Part shown: positions 34,126 to 47,585 of the stretch, in pieces
Numbering within the stretch: position 1 is the first letter of the stretch
Layout of the letters: each line of letters starts with the position of its first letter
Assembly (NCBI GenBank): GCA_002269645.1
Contig: NIVC01002406.1
Span: 113,398 to 177,397 of the forward strand
Source of the DNA: Macrostomum lignano
Lineage: Eukaryota
Length of the DNA: 64,000 bases
Reading direction: 5' to 3'
Notes under the pieces: generated by a model
Seen by the model: the letters and a program-made list of their open reading frames with translations, nothing else
Database searches by the model: none
Told to the model about the DNA's origin: nothing
Position numbers and translations under genes: made by a program

Positions 34126-37100
34126 TTTTCTATTTAGGGGTAATGACTGTGATCTTTGTGAAAGCTATATTTTCTTGTCTGTTTGTTAATTTTAGAAAAA
34201 AAGAGATTCATAGCAAATATCATTGTCCGTGACAATTTTAACTGAATAAGTTGATTTTTATAAGTGATGAAGGACTTGGTTTTTAAGAAAATGTGCTTTT
34301 TAATTGATTTCCATAAACTATTTTTGCTTCGTTCTTATTGGGCGCCCCGAAGGGGGGCCGCACTAGATTGCTAGTATAAGTGCTAAAGTTGCAAAAGAGG
34401 CATAGTATATATTCTTTTACTCTAGTTATTTGTCTATATCCTAGATTGTAATTGATTCTTTCTTGGTATAAGAAAATTAGTATAATAAAATAAATAGTAG
34501 TTGAATGTCTAGTATAATGTATAATAATCAAATTGGATATAGGTCTTGCTAGGTCCTTATCATATATGTGCAATTTTGGCCAGCTGACAAGGGACCTAGC
34601 CAAAATAATTTGTGAAAAATTGGGTACCTAAAAATGCCTATATAGTACTAAAAGGTATATATTAAGATACAGAGAGGAGACCCCTTGTGCATACATTCAA
34701 CAGGCAAAATAGGCAAGTAGCAGCAACCTGAGGGGTTTAGCACAAGTGCTTATAATTAAGAAACCATATTGTCAGTCTATTATTGCAAAGACCTAATTTT
34801 GCCTAGAAGGTATATATTTTTTAATTTTAATAATATGTTTTCAGAAAAAAATATAGTGAAAAAAAAAATAAGTTATTGTGAATAAAAAATCATATTATCC
34901 TGACTAAAGCAAAATATTGTAGATTATTTAATATTTGGTTTAGGTTTCTTTTTTGCTCCCAATATAAAGCCTTTAGACATTCACATTCTAGTTATTATCC
35001 CTAGAAAAAAATACAAGCTAAGCTTTGTAAGTTACTCATAAAGTAAACAATTAAAAGTTGACAAGTACCACCCTAGTATACTAGGATAATTATATGATTG
35101 ACTTTGACAGTTTGATTTGTATGACTTGCCAAGTATACTCCATATGTACTTGGCTAACTTATAAAGTATATTTGGTAGATGTTATATATACTTGGTTGAT
35201 GTATCAAGTATGCCAAGTAGATCCTGCATGTATTTGGTTGACTTATCAAGTCACTATTACTAACTATTATTACTAACTACCAAGTAGCAATGCTGCTACA
35301 GGGTATATCAAGAAATTATTGATCTAGCCTCTAATAAAAAAGCAATTCATATTGCTATGTTAAAAATCATTTTGTTAGAAACATAAAATGTTAATAGATA
35401 ATATATTAATTTTTGTTCTAACTCTGCAGGGCATAAAATAGGAAGCCAGAAGCCAGTTCTTCTGGACTATGTCTCTGAACACAAAGTTTAGCTCTCCATT
35501 TGGGAACAAGGCATACATTTATATTACTTGGCATTTTGGCCCTCCTCAAACCACATCAACCATAGCAGGTTTAGACTGCAAATTTGGGGGCATGGGGAAA
35601 TGTGAATACACTGAGCCTAAATGACTCATACATATGCTGCATATGTTAACCAACAATGCAGTCACAACAATTACAAATGTCAATTTAATGTTTGTTGTTA
35701 CATTTGAAAGTCAGAAAGTAGATAGGGAAACTTGTTACCTATCAGGGAACCTAGGAAAATCAATATCCAAGTGTCAAGAATATTCCCATTTGTATAACAA
35801 AAGTACAAGGATACAACAGCATAAAATAAACCATTTGCTATGTGGCAATACTATCCAAAGCACTAGAACTAGCCAAATCATTAATACTATGATCTAATAA
35901 AGCAGAAAGCTCAACAATTGAATATTAATTTCTCATGTTAAGTTGGTTTTCCAGCTTTCAACTAATCAACTCATATTCTTTAGTGTTAGTACCAATAAAC
36001 AACCTTGCTAGACAATTTGCTAGTAAGTCTAATAGAAGATTTCACTTCTAGCTTCCTAAGATCCATGCTTCTTAAGTTAGCTAGTAAACAGCTAGAAGCA
36101 GAAGACAAGGTAGAAATGTCTACAGGATATCTTCAGGAAAATATATTGCACAAATGTAACAATAAATTGAGTATCAATTCTGCTCTTAGTGGGTTTTAAG
36201 TTGCTAGGATTGCATTGCAATGATAGCATTAGTTAATATATTAAAATTTAATTATAAGTTAATTACAATAAATTTAAACAACATTTATTTATTTAAGTAA
36301 CTTGTAACTTTTGATAAAACTGACAGAACCAAATGATTCTAGTAGCATATTGTAGAAGGGAAAAGCCACTTTCCAGTGACACCTAACTTGTAATGATTGA
36401 TTGCATTGTTCATAAGCAGCATACAAAAGTATAAGTATGGAACAACCCTCATAGATTAATGGCTCTATTTTAAAGATAAACTAACATTTGATAAAGATAA
36501 AAAAGTCTAAATGAATCAGTTTAAAAGTATTCAAGAGTTAAGATATATAATATAAAAAATGAAACACAAAAATTCATACAATATATTATTGAATGAAACA
36601 AATCAACAATCTTAACACACTCTACCAGTTATGTTGCAACAATGTTGATATTTTAGTAGGCAATGTTGCAATGTTAACCAATGGCAATGTTGTAGGACAA
36701 CATTGTGCAAAGTATGTAGCAACATTGACACTCAACATTGTCACTAGCAATGTTGTCAATGTTGACATTGCAACATTCATTGATTTCTTTCCTGGAACAT
36801 ACTTGTACCCTTGATTTAAAAGCTTTTGGTTTCACTTGCAAACTGTGCTTACATATTCTGCAACAGGTGTAAAGTGGTCCCAAGGTATAGTGCAAATTGC
36901 AAAACACATTAGTGAGTGTTCATTAATGCTCGTATTATTGATTTGCATAGTTGTGGGTATGACAGCATATGAACAACAGTTTGTAGGTGAGTGAGCAGAC
37001 ATTGCACTTATTCATATTCCTCTTTGTCTTCATCATCGGCTGATGCTACCATCTTATTGCCTTCATTATCATCTGCTATGTTGTGGATCCTTATCTGCTA

Positions 37101-39056
37101 ATGCTACCTGGATGTGGACATGTAGTTGCTGCCAAAGCCATCTTTGTCATACTTTAGTCAGGTATGACATAAGGGATTACCAATTGCCTGCTTGATTGCA
37201 TTGGCATCAGCATGGCAAACAGTGCCCCAAATGATGTCTGAAAAATAGGGAATAAATATGTACAAAATTAGTAAATTATACAAAGACTGGCAAATACAAA
37301 TCAAGTACTAATACTGCTTTTGTCAGCCAAGTTGAGAACTAAGCTAACTAAGTTGATAAGAAGCCTACCAAATTAAGAAATTGGCTGCATCTTTGCAGTT
37401 CAACATAGCATGCAAGTATAGATATTGATAGATAAAAATATATATCATTTCTAAGTTCAATTCAGTTAAACTTTGATTTTTTCAACAAGAACAATATCCT
37501 TGGTCATTGCCACTTAAAATTAATAGCTAAGCATATGGTCTAAACTATGCCAAACCTCATATTGAATATAAGACTAAGTAAGAGGCTATAATAGGCAAAG
37601 CAGGTTTAATAAACTTTTGACTTTTAGACAATGGTCACTGCTCACTATAAAAAATATTTTTAATATTATTGAATGCTGCCAAAAATTCTTGATAAAGTGG
37701 ATTGAATCCTTCCCCAGCACTAACTAATCATTAGTCAATCAGAATATTTCAGAAGCCAACTAATAAGCAAACAAGTTGTCAAGTTAGACCAGGGAGCATC
37801 AGACAAATTGTAAGACATTTTATGCTCCCTTGGCTAAGATGGTGTGCTACAAGTGCATTTTAATTAAATTAATAGGCTTATAAAAGTTTTGGCTTGCAGA
37901 CAAATAGCCTGTTTGACCAATATCATTTATATAAGTCAAATTTAGTCACTCCCCACAAGTAATTTACCACCACAAGTAATTATAAAATTTGCAAAAAATG
38001 TATTTAAATGTATTTCTGAAGTTTCCAATTTTGAGTTACTTCTATGTATATATACAATTTAAAAGTAACAAAAGTTTCCCTTTTGCTTTCTTATATTATA
38101 AAATAGACATAAATAGACATATGCTGTCTTATTTTCCAAACTTGGCAAGTCAATTAAGTATACACATACATTGGATACTTTAAAAGTACTTATAAGTAGA
38201 CAGAAACTATATCTGTCTACTTGCATCAAAGAGATGCTTGTTCTTTGTAAGTAGTCTACTACTTAGACTAAGTAGTCTGCTACTACTGCATCAAAGTTGC
38301 TGTAAGTACTTACAAAGTAGTTAATGTTGTGTTTACTTGATTGACTTCCAAAGTTTAGAAAGTACACAGTGTGTCTGTCTACTTACAAGTACTTTTAAAG
38401 TATCCAATGTATGTATCTACTTAATTGACTTGCCAAGTTTGGAAAATAAGACAGCATATGTATTATCATTATTATGTATTATCATTAACTACTTTGTAAG
38501 TACTTTCAAAGTAGCTACTTGTAATACTTTGTAAGTAAACAAAAGTACTGCAGAAACATTGTATACTTAGCAAGTCGGTACAATTGTATGTATTACATGA
38601 TACTTACATGATATACTACATGATACTTACATGATACTTATAGTAACATGATACTTACTTGGAAAACTTTGTAAGCCAATCATGTCATGACAATACCATG
38701 GTTGACTTTCTAATTTCAGCAGGTTTCTTTTCTAGGGATGTCTTTGATGAATTTCGCTAGAATTGCCATGTCTACCTTTGAGTCATCATGTAAAATACTT
38801 ATATCTTATGCGGTTAGGCTTTAAAAGTTTAAAACTTTCTCAGATTTCCTTTTCAAATGTATCCTTGTGAGCACTCCTATTTTAATAATTATATTCACTC
38901 TTTTCTATGTTTCATTGGTGTGCTATTTTACAAGCGTATTTACATGTTTCTTTAAATTAAGTAATAAAACTTGCTTATGCTAACTCGCAAATTGCGTCGC
39001 GTTTCAGTCAGCCTACTTGTCTGCATGCGCTCTGCTATCTGAGTAAAGCACTTTAG

Positions 39057-42000
39057 ATGATCGAAAAGTCGTTAGACTGTGCAGAAATGCAGCAGCAGCA
39101 GCAGCGACATCACAGATTTTGGAGCAACCAGCTGGAATATATCAAGCGCGTTGCTCTTCCAGCAGTAATGAAGCTGCCAAACTCATGGCCATTCAAAGCA
39201 CCAGTGGACCCAGTAAAGTTGCAGATTCCTGATTATCCCAACATCGTCTTGAAGCCTATGGATCTCAATACAGTGAAGAACCGGCTAAATAGCGGGAAGG
39301 TGTATCAGTCTGGCCAGGACTGCATTGATGATATCAATGGCATCTTTCTCAATTGTTTTGTGTTCAACAAACCGGGTGACGATGTGGTGATCATGGCAGA
39401 AGAGGTGGAGGCTGTGTTTCGTGAAAAGATGCGCAATTACCCGCCAATCGAGCACGAGATTCCCACCGAGCGCTCAGCAAAGCTGTCTCCAGCTACTCCT
39501 ACTGCAGCTTTGAAGCGCAAAGCATCTTTGTCCGAAACGGACGCAGCTACTGTAACACCTGTGTCGGCAGCATCAGCCGCTGCTGTCAGGCCACTCAGCC
39601 AGCTGCAGCCAGCCGGCTCGCGCGAGCTGTCCAGTCGCGCAATCAAGAAACCGAAGCGCGAGGTGGTTGCCAGTAGCAACGGTACTGCCGGTGGCTTTGC
39701 GTCCGACGAGATGCGACAGTGCTCCGCACTGCTGCGTGACGTCAGCTCAGCACGGCAGAAATCCATTAACTGGCCCTTTCTGGAGCCTGTTGACGTTGTA
39801 GCCCTAGGCTTACACGACTACTATGATATTGTGACTCAACCCATGGATCTAAGCACCATGCGTAAGAAAATTGATTCGGGTCAGTACGCTGACCGAGAGG
39901 CTTTCGCTGCCGACTTTCACCTTATGATTGACAACTGTTTAAAGTACAATCCACCCGATTCCGAGGTGCATCGGTTGGGCAAGGAACTATCTAAGTACTT
40001 TGTTGATCACTACAATCGCGTATTCGCTAGTCACAATGCGACAGCCTCATCCGGTGCTGCTGTAAGCGGTGTTGTGTCACCTGTGTCGTCAACTACCTCC
40101 CCACCGATCAAGACGGGAGGCGCAGTCAGTGTTGGCAATGGGCGACTATCGCTGGCCGATGTCAACAAAGTCACTGAGCTTTCCGTAAAAGTGGAGCAGC
40201 TCTACACTCAGGTACTACTTGTTTTTCCTTGTCGTTTTCGGTAGTACCACTGCTTAGCCAGAAGATGCTTTGAAATTATATTTAGCTTCGTCAGCAGATT
40301 TATAGCATATCCACGCATAATATCCTGCTCATTTAAGAGTTACACAATGGGTCGAAGTAACATTTTTTTCTTTCGGTCTTAATATGACATTATGTCTTTT
40401 AAACTTAGTAATGAAATAACGCAAAATTAATTCTTATTATTTAAGTCGTCATTTAGCTGAGACTTATTAAAATCCATGAGTTAAAATATTTCCGGTAATT
40501 ATGCAAGCTGATGTCAGCAGCAATGATGACTTAACTGCGTGTCATTTGACTTTCTCAATGGTCCCAAGCGGGAGTCGAGTCTGTATGATTGAAGCAGTCG
40601 AGCATGCGACAGTAATGGCACAGTTGCTTTTTGTAGCCAGCTGTCGCTTGCCTGAGTTGTGCCACATGACATCACGCTTTGCAATCATTTTTCAAGGCTA
40701 CTAAAATACATTCGTCAGACAATATGCTTGCGCATATGGTTTTGTCATAGACACAATGTACCATTATGATATTATTGCCTTTGTCGGGTAAATTTCATTA
40801 TATGCCTATGTATTTGAATCAGTTGTTCAAGGCAGCAGGTCACAGGCAAACGAGTTTTCAGTCTAAGGATAACGAGAAACAAGAATAGAAGGAGCGCTTC
40901 CGTTTTTAGCGGACTGGAATCTAAAGTATATTGGGAAAAAACGACCAACTGTATATTTTTGCTTCTTAGTCACTGACTTTAGCGTTAGAAAACAAAAGAC
41001 GTTTCGCAGGGCTTTGTTGTATATTGATCTCGAAATTTCGTGATAATCTTGCTCAAACCTGCCATCAAGTGCGAAAGACATGTCCGATATTAAGATTGTG
41101 TCAAATAACTCATATCTGGCTTTTTCTTTGAAAGTTGGAACGCAAATTTGCTCCTAAGCAGAGTGTAGGTGCAGAGTAAAAAATCAAAATACAAGTTAGG
41201 CCTACCAATGAGATTTTGAGTTAGGCAGTCTTAAGCGATCGGGTAACTCCGTATCTAGACGATCACTAGCTTTGTTCGAAAAAATCAAGGTGCAAATGGC
41301 ACTCAAATTGGACCCAAATGCACAAAAAATCCCAGACTCCGATGCAGTTTTTATTAAAAGTTCGAGTTCTAGAGCAGAGATAATACCAAGGACCTTTTTT
41401 GCTATACTCTTATATTACTATGTAGTAAATGTGACAAGCGACAAGTAAAAGTAAAGTTTCCTTTCCTTTCATAGACTGATATGTAAATATAGCAACAAGC
41501 TACAAGTCTGGATTAGTGACTTAGAATAGCTATGGCCAAAACAACCGGTGTATTGTACCATGACATTTGTGCCCGCTGGGCACTTATTCTTGCCTTTTAA
41601 TGCCATAGACTACATTTAAGCCCGCTTGCAGTAAAGAAATATCGAAATTAGCGGGCAGTCGTGACCTAGACATTTAAGCACTCAAAACCAAGTATTGAAT
41701 CATTCATTGCTGGGGCAGTCGCGATTAACGCCCATCCAGACGAAATATGCTCTACGACAATATAGTCGACCATATTTAGTCTCTTACCCAGCGCAGTAAG
41801 CCCACTAACGAGCACGAAAATACCACCAACTTTTGAAAATAAAACGCCATACTGCGTATACTTAAAAAGAGAAAGGCCGAGTTATTTAGAGAATTTTGAG
41901 AATCGAAACTTTATCCACGTGTTTAAACCGCTGGGTCGCCTTGCAATTGTAACTTCAGAAGCGTCGTCGTCCGATGAGCCCGAATCGAATCGAATTGAAA

Positions 42001-45000
42001 GTGCTGGGAAAATATTAGTTAATGAATTTTTCTCAGGACTACCTAAGCTTGTCATAAATCAAGACTCATGATTCATTTCTCATGAACGGATGCCTATGAA
42101 TCAAACCACAAGAACAAGAACAAGAAAGAATAAGAACAAGACAAGAACAGTTATCACAACTCACTTGTCAAAACTCGTAACTGGACAAAATTCTATGAAA
42201 GGAATAGCACTATTCACTGCCATTAAGCTATTGCTATTCACTGACACACAGCACTTGTAGCCCATGAATGTTTTCTTTCTGCATTAAACATGCTAAGGAC
42301 TCGCACTCAACAGCTATACGAGCAACTAGGATTCCTTGACAATACATACAATCAATCAAGAAAAAATCTGTGGTTCCTTTTATTCACTCTTGAAATTTAA
42401 CTCTCTTGCGTATTGTCTGTGTTAAAAACGGCAGTGTTCTTGCTTTTCGTCCCAATTAGGCTGACAAACTCGTTCGTCTGAGGCCTGCTGCCTCGAACTG
42501 GGTCTAATACTTGGTCATAGAATTATAAGGAGCCATTTTATTTTGCTTTTATACTGTTCCTCTTAGCCCAAAAGGCAATTCTTGATTTAGCTCATGTGAG
42601 TTGACAGAATGTTGGTCTTTTATGTTAAGTGCGGTTTATCTTAATTTTGATAATGATCAATGCATTTAACTCAGATGACGTCATGCATCAGTGAGCTGCG
42701 CAGCATAGTTGCAGCCAATATTGTGAGCAATCATCACCCGCCAACGTCGACTCCGGGCCAATCGACTGCGAAAAAGCCGCGGAACAGCGGTGGCAGTCGT
42801 CAGGGCAAACAGCAGCCGCAGACGGCTGCCCCGCTCACTACACCAGCACCCAGTCAGTCTACTTTCGTCACACCAGCCTGCAAAAAAGCTTCAGCCACAG
42901 CGCCCAGGCAAAAGCGAGCCAGTGGTAGCGCTGGCAAAAAGGCTGCAGCCGCCCCTACTCTGTCCTCCAGCTGGGAAGCCGCTGCTCAGCCACAGTTTTC
43001 AGCCTCCGCTAACGGCGGAAACAGCGTAGGCTATCATCAGTCCCAGTCCGCTCCAAGTCAGGCCTCCCGACCAATGAGCTACGAAGAGAAGCGACAGCTG
43101 TCGTTGGACATCAATAAGCTTCCGGGCGACCGGCTAGGCCGGGTTGTTCAGATCATTCAGCAGCGGGAGCCCAGTCTGCGGGATTCTAACCCCGATGAGA
43201 TCGAAATCGACTTTGAGACCCTGCAGCTGGACACCCTCAGGGAGCTTGAAGCCTATGTCCGCTCTGTGCTTCAGGCCTCGCCTCCAGCACCTGCCGCGCC
43301 ACCGCCAACGCAACCGCCGCAGCCTCAGGCTCAACAGGCCAAGCCAAAACACCTGTCACCTGAGCAGCAACAGCCGCAGAATGCCGCCAAACCTGTTGCT
43401 AATAGCAACCGCAATAAGGGCGCTAAGTCAGCTGCGCCTGCAGCTGTACCTCCGCAACAGCCACCCACATTGCCCTTGCCGCCTGCGCTACCCAACCCGC
43501 CACAGCCAGCACCTCTCGCCCAGCAGCCTAAAGAGGCGTCGCCACCAAAGAAGCCTGCGGCGCCACCGACCTCTGCTAAGCCAGGTAATTGTTTAACGTT
43601 CTGCACGGGAGCTTCTGTAGTTATAGATATCTTTTTATGTAAAAAGCATCGAATATTGTTTCATCTGGCCTATCATCTAAAGTACTGATATTTAATATTT
43701 AAATATAAGACATTGATTACCTTGTTGAGATTCACTGTTTTGTTGTAGCAACCGGCCAAGACAGTAGCTCCTCAGATTCTGACAGCTCATCGGATAGTTC
43801 CGACTCGGGCTCATCTGGATCCGCCTCGGATCTTGACGCATCTTGTGAGTACTCAAATGTTGGCTCTCTGTGAATTCAGTAGCACCAATATTTATCTATA
43901 TCGAAATCAGTTAAGTTGAGACAAATACAATTGCACCTATCTATTCCTATGCCTTCATTTTACTTCACAGCTCGGCGAACCGCTACGACGTCCAAGGCGC
44001 CAGTGACGCATCAGCCGGTGCCGCCAGTGTCGCAGGCATCGGCCGCGCAGCAGCCTCCGCACCCCAGTCCTTGGAGCTCTCTGCTTCACAAAGCCCCGCA
44101 ACAGCAGACAAAGGCTGAGAGCGCTTCAGCGGCCAATACTGCAGCGATTCATGCGTTTCAGAAATTCCAGAAGCAGACTGCTGACAGCCGTAAGGAGCGC
44201 GAAGCAATGCAGCGTTTGCAACGCGAAGAAGAGACACGTCGGGCCAAGGCGACATCCGCTGCTGCCACCGCTGTTAGTCGATCGGGCGGCGGCAAGGACG
44301 CGCCATCGTCCTCCGTGACTGCTGCGGCTTCAACTTCTGCTGCGGTGCCGGCATCAGCTGGCCAAACTATCGGTGGCATCTCCGCTGCCGAACTTGAGAG
44401 GCGAAAACTGGAGGAGAAGCGTCGGCGAGAGGCGGTACGTTATTATGTTTGTTGAAGCTTATTTATCCGCTTGTAGCTTGGCAACTGTATTCAATAGTAA
44501 GTTATTTTGACTAAAATCTGCTCTTGTTTATAGCTTATAGCTCTGTGAGTATTCAAAGACAGAATAATGTTTAATCTTTAATTATCTAGATGGGGAGTGT
44601 CTAGCCTAGGAGTTTAGCGCAGTCTGCAAGTGCAAGTGTGTGATATACTCGTATAATTTGGTAGAATATGCAAATTATTGATTTTATAGTTATTTTCTTG
44701 TATTCAAATTCACATGAAGCAACGCAAATAAATTTACTAAATAATGCTCATCATGCTCCTAATGTAGAATACATTTTGAGACAGGGGGCTGCGTGCTCCC
44801 TGGCAAACCTTAGGCGACTGTCACACAACCGGCGAGAGGCATTACTGCCCATTCCGCCGACTCCCCTGAGCAGGCACACAAGCGCGCGGATACGTACGCA
44901 GTCATACGCAAAGGCACACTCACAGGAGTGTACAGCGACCCTAACGTTATATATCGTTACGCATGTACACTTCACTGTGCCTTGGGGGTTGGCCCTCAAG

Positions 45001-45277
45001 GGCGTTGATTGCAGTTACAAATTAATGTGACTGCACTTGGAATCAAGCCTGGGCCGCTGGCACATCAGAGCGCCGTGCTAAACCACTATAGGCACCTCTC
45101 CTGCTGAGCGTTAAATCTATGAAAACGTTTTTTAAAACTTTGACATTTATTGCTTGTGTTTTACTCAATTTTCAGGAGCTCACTCAAACAAATCTCGGCT
45201 TGAATACTCAAGAGGAGCTGATGAACTTTGAGGAAGAAATGAATATTGGCGACAATGACGAATACAACTTCTTTTAA
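39057..45277 (+). CDS. BRD4: BET-family bromodomain protein (BRD2/3/4/T, fs(1)h co-ortholog), BRD4-like with C-terminal motif; 5 exons, predicted 908 aa
   Basis: Exons 39057-40211, 42675-43584, 43749-43844, 43971-44434 and 45176-45277 are phase-compatible GT-AG. BD1 ([20 protein letters not shown]), BD2 ([20 protein letters not shown]), ET ([33 protein letters not shown]), Ser-rich SEED-like exon, and CTM ([15 protein letters not shown]). AATAAA near 45360. An upstream exon cannot be excluded. Confidence 0.92.
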
Positions 45278-47009
45278 GAGTCCTTATTCACTAGCTACAT
45301 AGTCTCATGGGTATTATGCGTCTGTATCATGTTTGCCTTTTTGTTTTTTTATATGTTATAATAAATCATTTCTCTCTTTGAATGCCCATTTAATAAATAC
45401 CTGCGTTCGTTTTCCTATAACATATCGTCCATGCACTTAAATCGAAAAAATGCAATATGTTTCTGTTTGTAGGCATGAGTTAGTTGGTTGATGTTCCTGG
45501 AACTTCTTGGTTCTCGATTCTGACTCTGTCCAGCTTGTAAAGTAACTGATAATCTCTCATTATGGCAGCAGTTTAAAGTATGCTTTGCAATTTTCTTCTA
45601 TCTGTAAAACTAATTTGTTAATTTGACCCTGAACAGATTCTTCAATTTTGGCACTATATTATAACGTTCACTTTTCGGACTTGGCTAGCAACGTGTTTAT
45701 ACTGCTTTGACATTTCGAATTTCGTCTTATATGCTGTAAGTAGTACTATCCTTTGATACTTCGTTTAACGTTTTAGCTCTTGAAATATTTGCTTTATTTG
45801 TTCAATGCCTACTGTTTATAAAGGCCTGTAAACTAGCTGTAATAGCTTTGTAATCTGTGCGTACACTTGAACTCTTACCTGTCCTACATTAATATTATTT
45901 AATATTTTCTGCTTGCGAGGCTTCGATCTGCAATTCAGATACACGAGTCAGTTATTCAGTGTGGCCTACTACTCAACCAAAAAATGAAGCAAGTTTATCG
46001 GGGCATTGTTGCACTGTCTGTTTTTCTCAGTTCCCTTGCACGCTTAGATACAATATTTGATACCTGTTATCTATTTCCATCTTTGTTATGCTTTTAGTAT
46101 TATTTTTACTCTTATTATAAATAGCTGTTTGTGTTCGCGATATTTCACCGCTTAGTAACGATATGGCGACAGTAGCTACACATAGGCATTTAACACATGT
46201 AACAAGCTGAGTTGCACAATAAAATGCGTGCGATAGAAGCCTCGCTGTTGACAAGGTGAGCGGTGTAATATTCGGCATTCTTATTAACTTATTTTAGTCT
46301 TGTAAGAGAGAGAGCCCTAATGTACTTGCCCTGTGAATTGCGCTTTTATTTATTTTTTCCAGCACCAAAGGCAATGTCATCGTTGTCTTTGTCAAACTGT
46401 TAGCCTATCCAGTTTGATGTTGTAAGTAAAATATGTGAGAAAGTCTTGTGCTTGTTCATTTTATTATCAAGCCTTGTTTAGCTCTGCGTTTCAACTATTA
46501 TCGCCATTTTCAACATTGGAATTAGTATCTGGCTCTGCTTTTCTCTTGGCTTTAATTGTATATTTGTTTTAATTCTCTTATTCATATTTCATTCGCCTGC
46601 TTGTGCTGCGCGTTTTGCAAGCGAACAGTTTTTTTCTACACTTGATTTAATACAAACCGCGTCACCGTTACATCTCCGAGCGTATTCTGTGTTTACCGTT
46701 TCCCCTGAACCCAGCTTATTCAGCTCTGAAAAGTTGCCCGTCCTATCTCTTGGTTCTGCCTGGCAACCTTAGCAGCAAGTAGCTTAACCCCGTTATTACA
46801 TTTATCCTTGCACATACAAATATATGCAAATAAACACGTTCTGCTTGCGGTCGTTTCCGAACAATTCTAATGCTTAACTTCACAGTCGTTTCTGTTTAAC
46901 TTCAATTAGCAAATATTTGTCGTTCATCTACAAAATTGAAATCCCAATTGGCTTCCAGTTATTCCCTTTATGGTTTGTAGCAGTTTAGACGATTGATAAA
47001 AGTAGCACA

Positions 47010-47571
47010 GCTTATTCAGTCCAGCTTACACAATCTAGTTTGCACAGTGCAGCTTACACAATCTAGCTTGCACAATCCAGCTTACACAGTGCAGCTTACA
47101 CAGTGCAGCTTACACAGTGCAGTTTACACAATGCAGCTTACACAGTGCAGTTTACACAATGCAGCTTACACAGTGCAGTTTACACAATGCAGCTTACACA
47201 GTGCAGTTTACACAGTGCAGCTTACACAGTGCAGTTTACACAGTGCAGTTTACAAAATGCAGCTTACACAGTGCAGCTTACACAGTGCAGCTTACACAGT
47301 GCAGTTTACACAGTGCAGTTTACAAAATGCAGCTTACACAGTGCAGCTTACACAGTGCAGTTTACAAAATGCAGCTTACACAGTGCAGCTTACACAGTGC
47401 AGTTTACAAAATGCAGCTTACACAGTGCAGCTTACACAGTGCAGCTTACACAGTGCAGTTTACACAGTGCAGTTTACAAAATGCAGCTTACACAGTGCAG
47501 TTTACACAGTGCAGTTTACAAAATGCAGCTTACACAGTGCAGTTTACACAATGCAGCTTACACAGTGCAGC
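47010..47571. repeat. 14-bp satellite (cacagtgcagctta and variants) ending at a splice acceptor
   Basis: About 40 units; stops immediately before ctcttattgttccag (acceptor at 47585). Confidence 0.95.
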
Positions 47572-47585
47572 TCTTATTGTTCCAG

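Noticed and set aside
32742-34189. LINQGLLL and GDACYL repeat ORFs resembling leucine-rich or pentapeptide proteins
   Set aside because: Satellite translation with no splice or start context.
36960-37240. Minus-strand pseudo-exon with a good acceptor near 37236
   Set aside because: All frames are interrupted; product unidentifiable.
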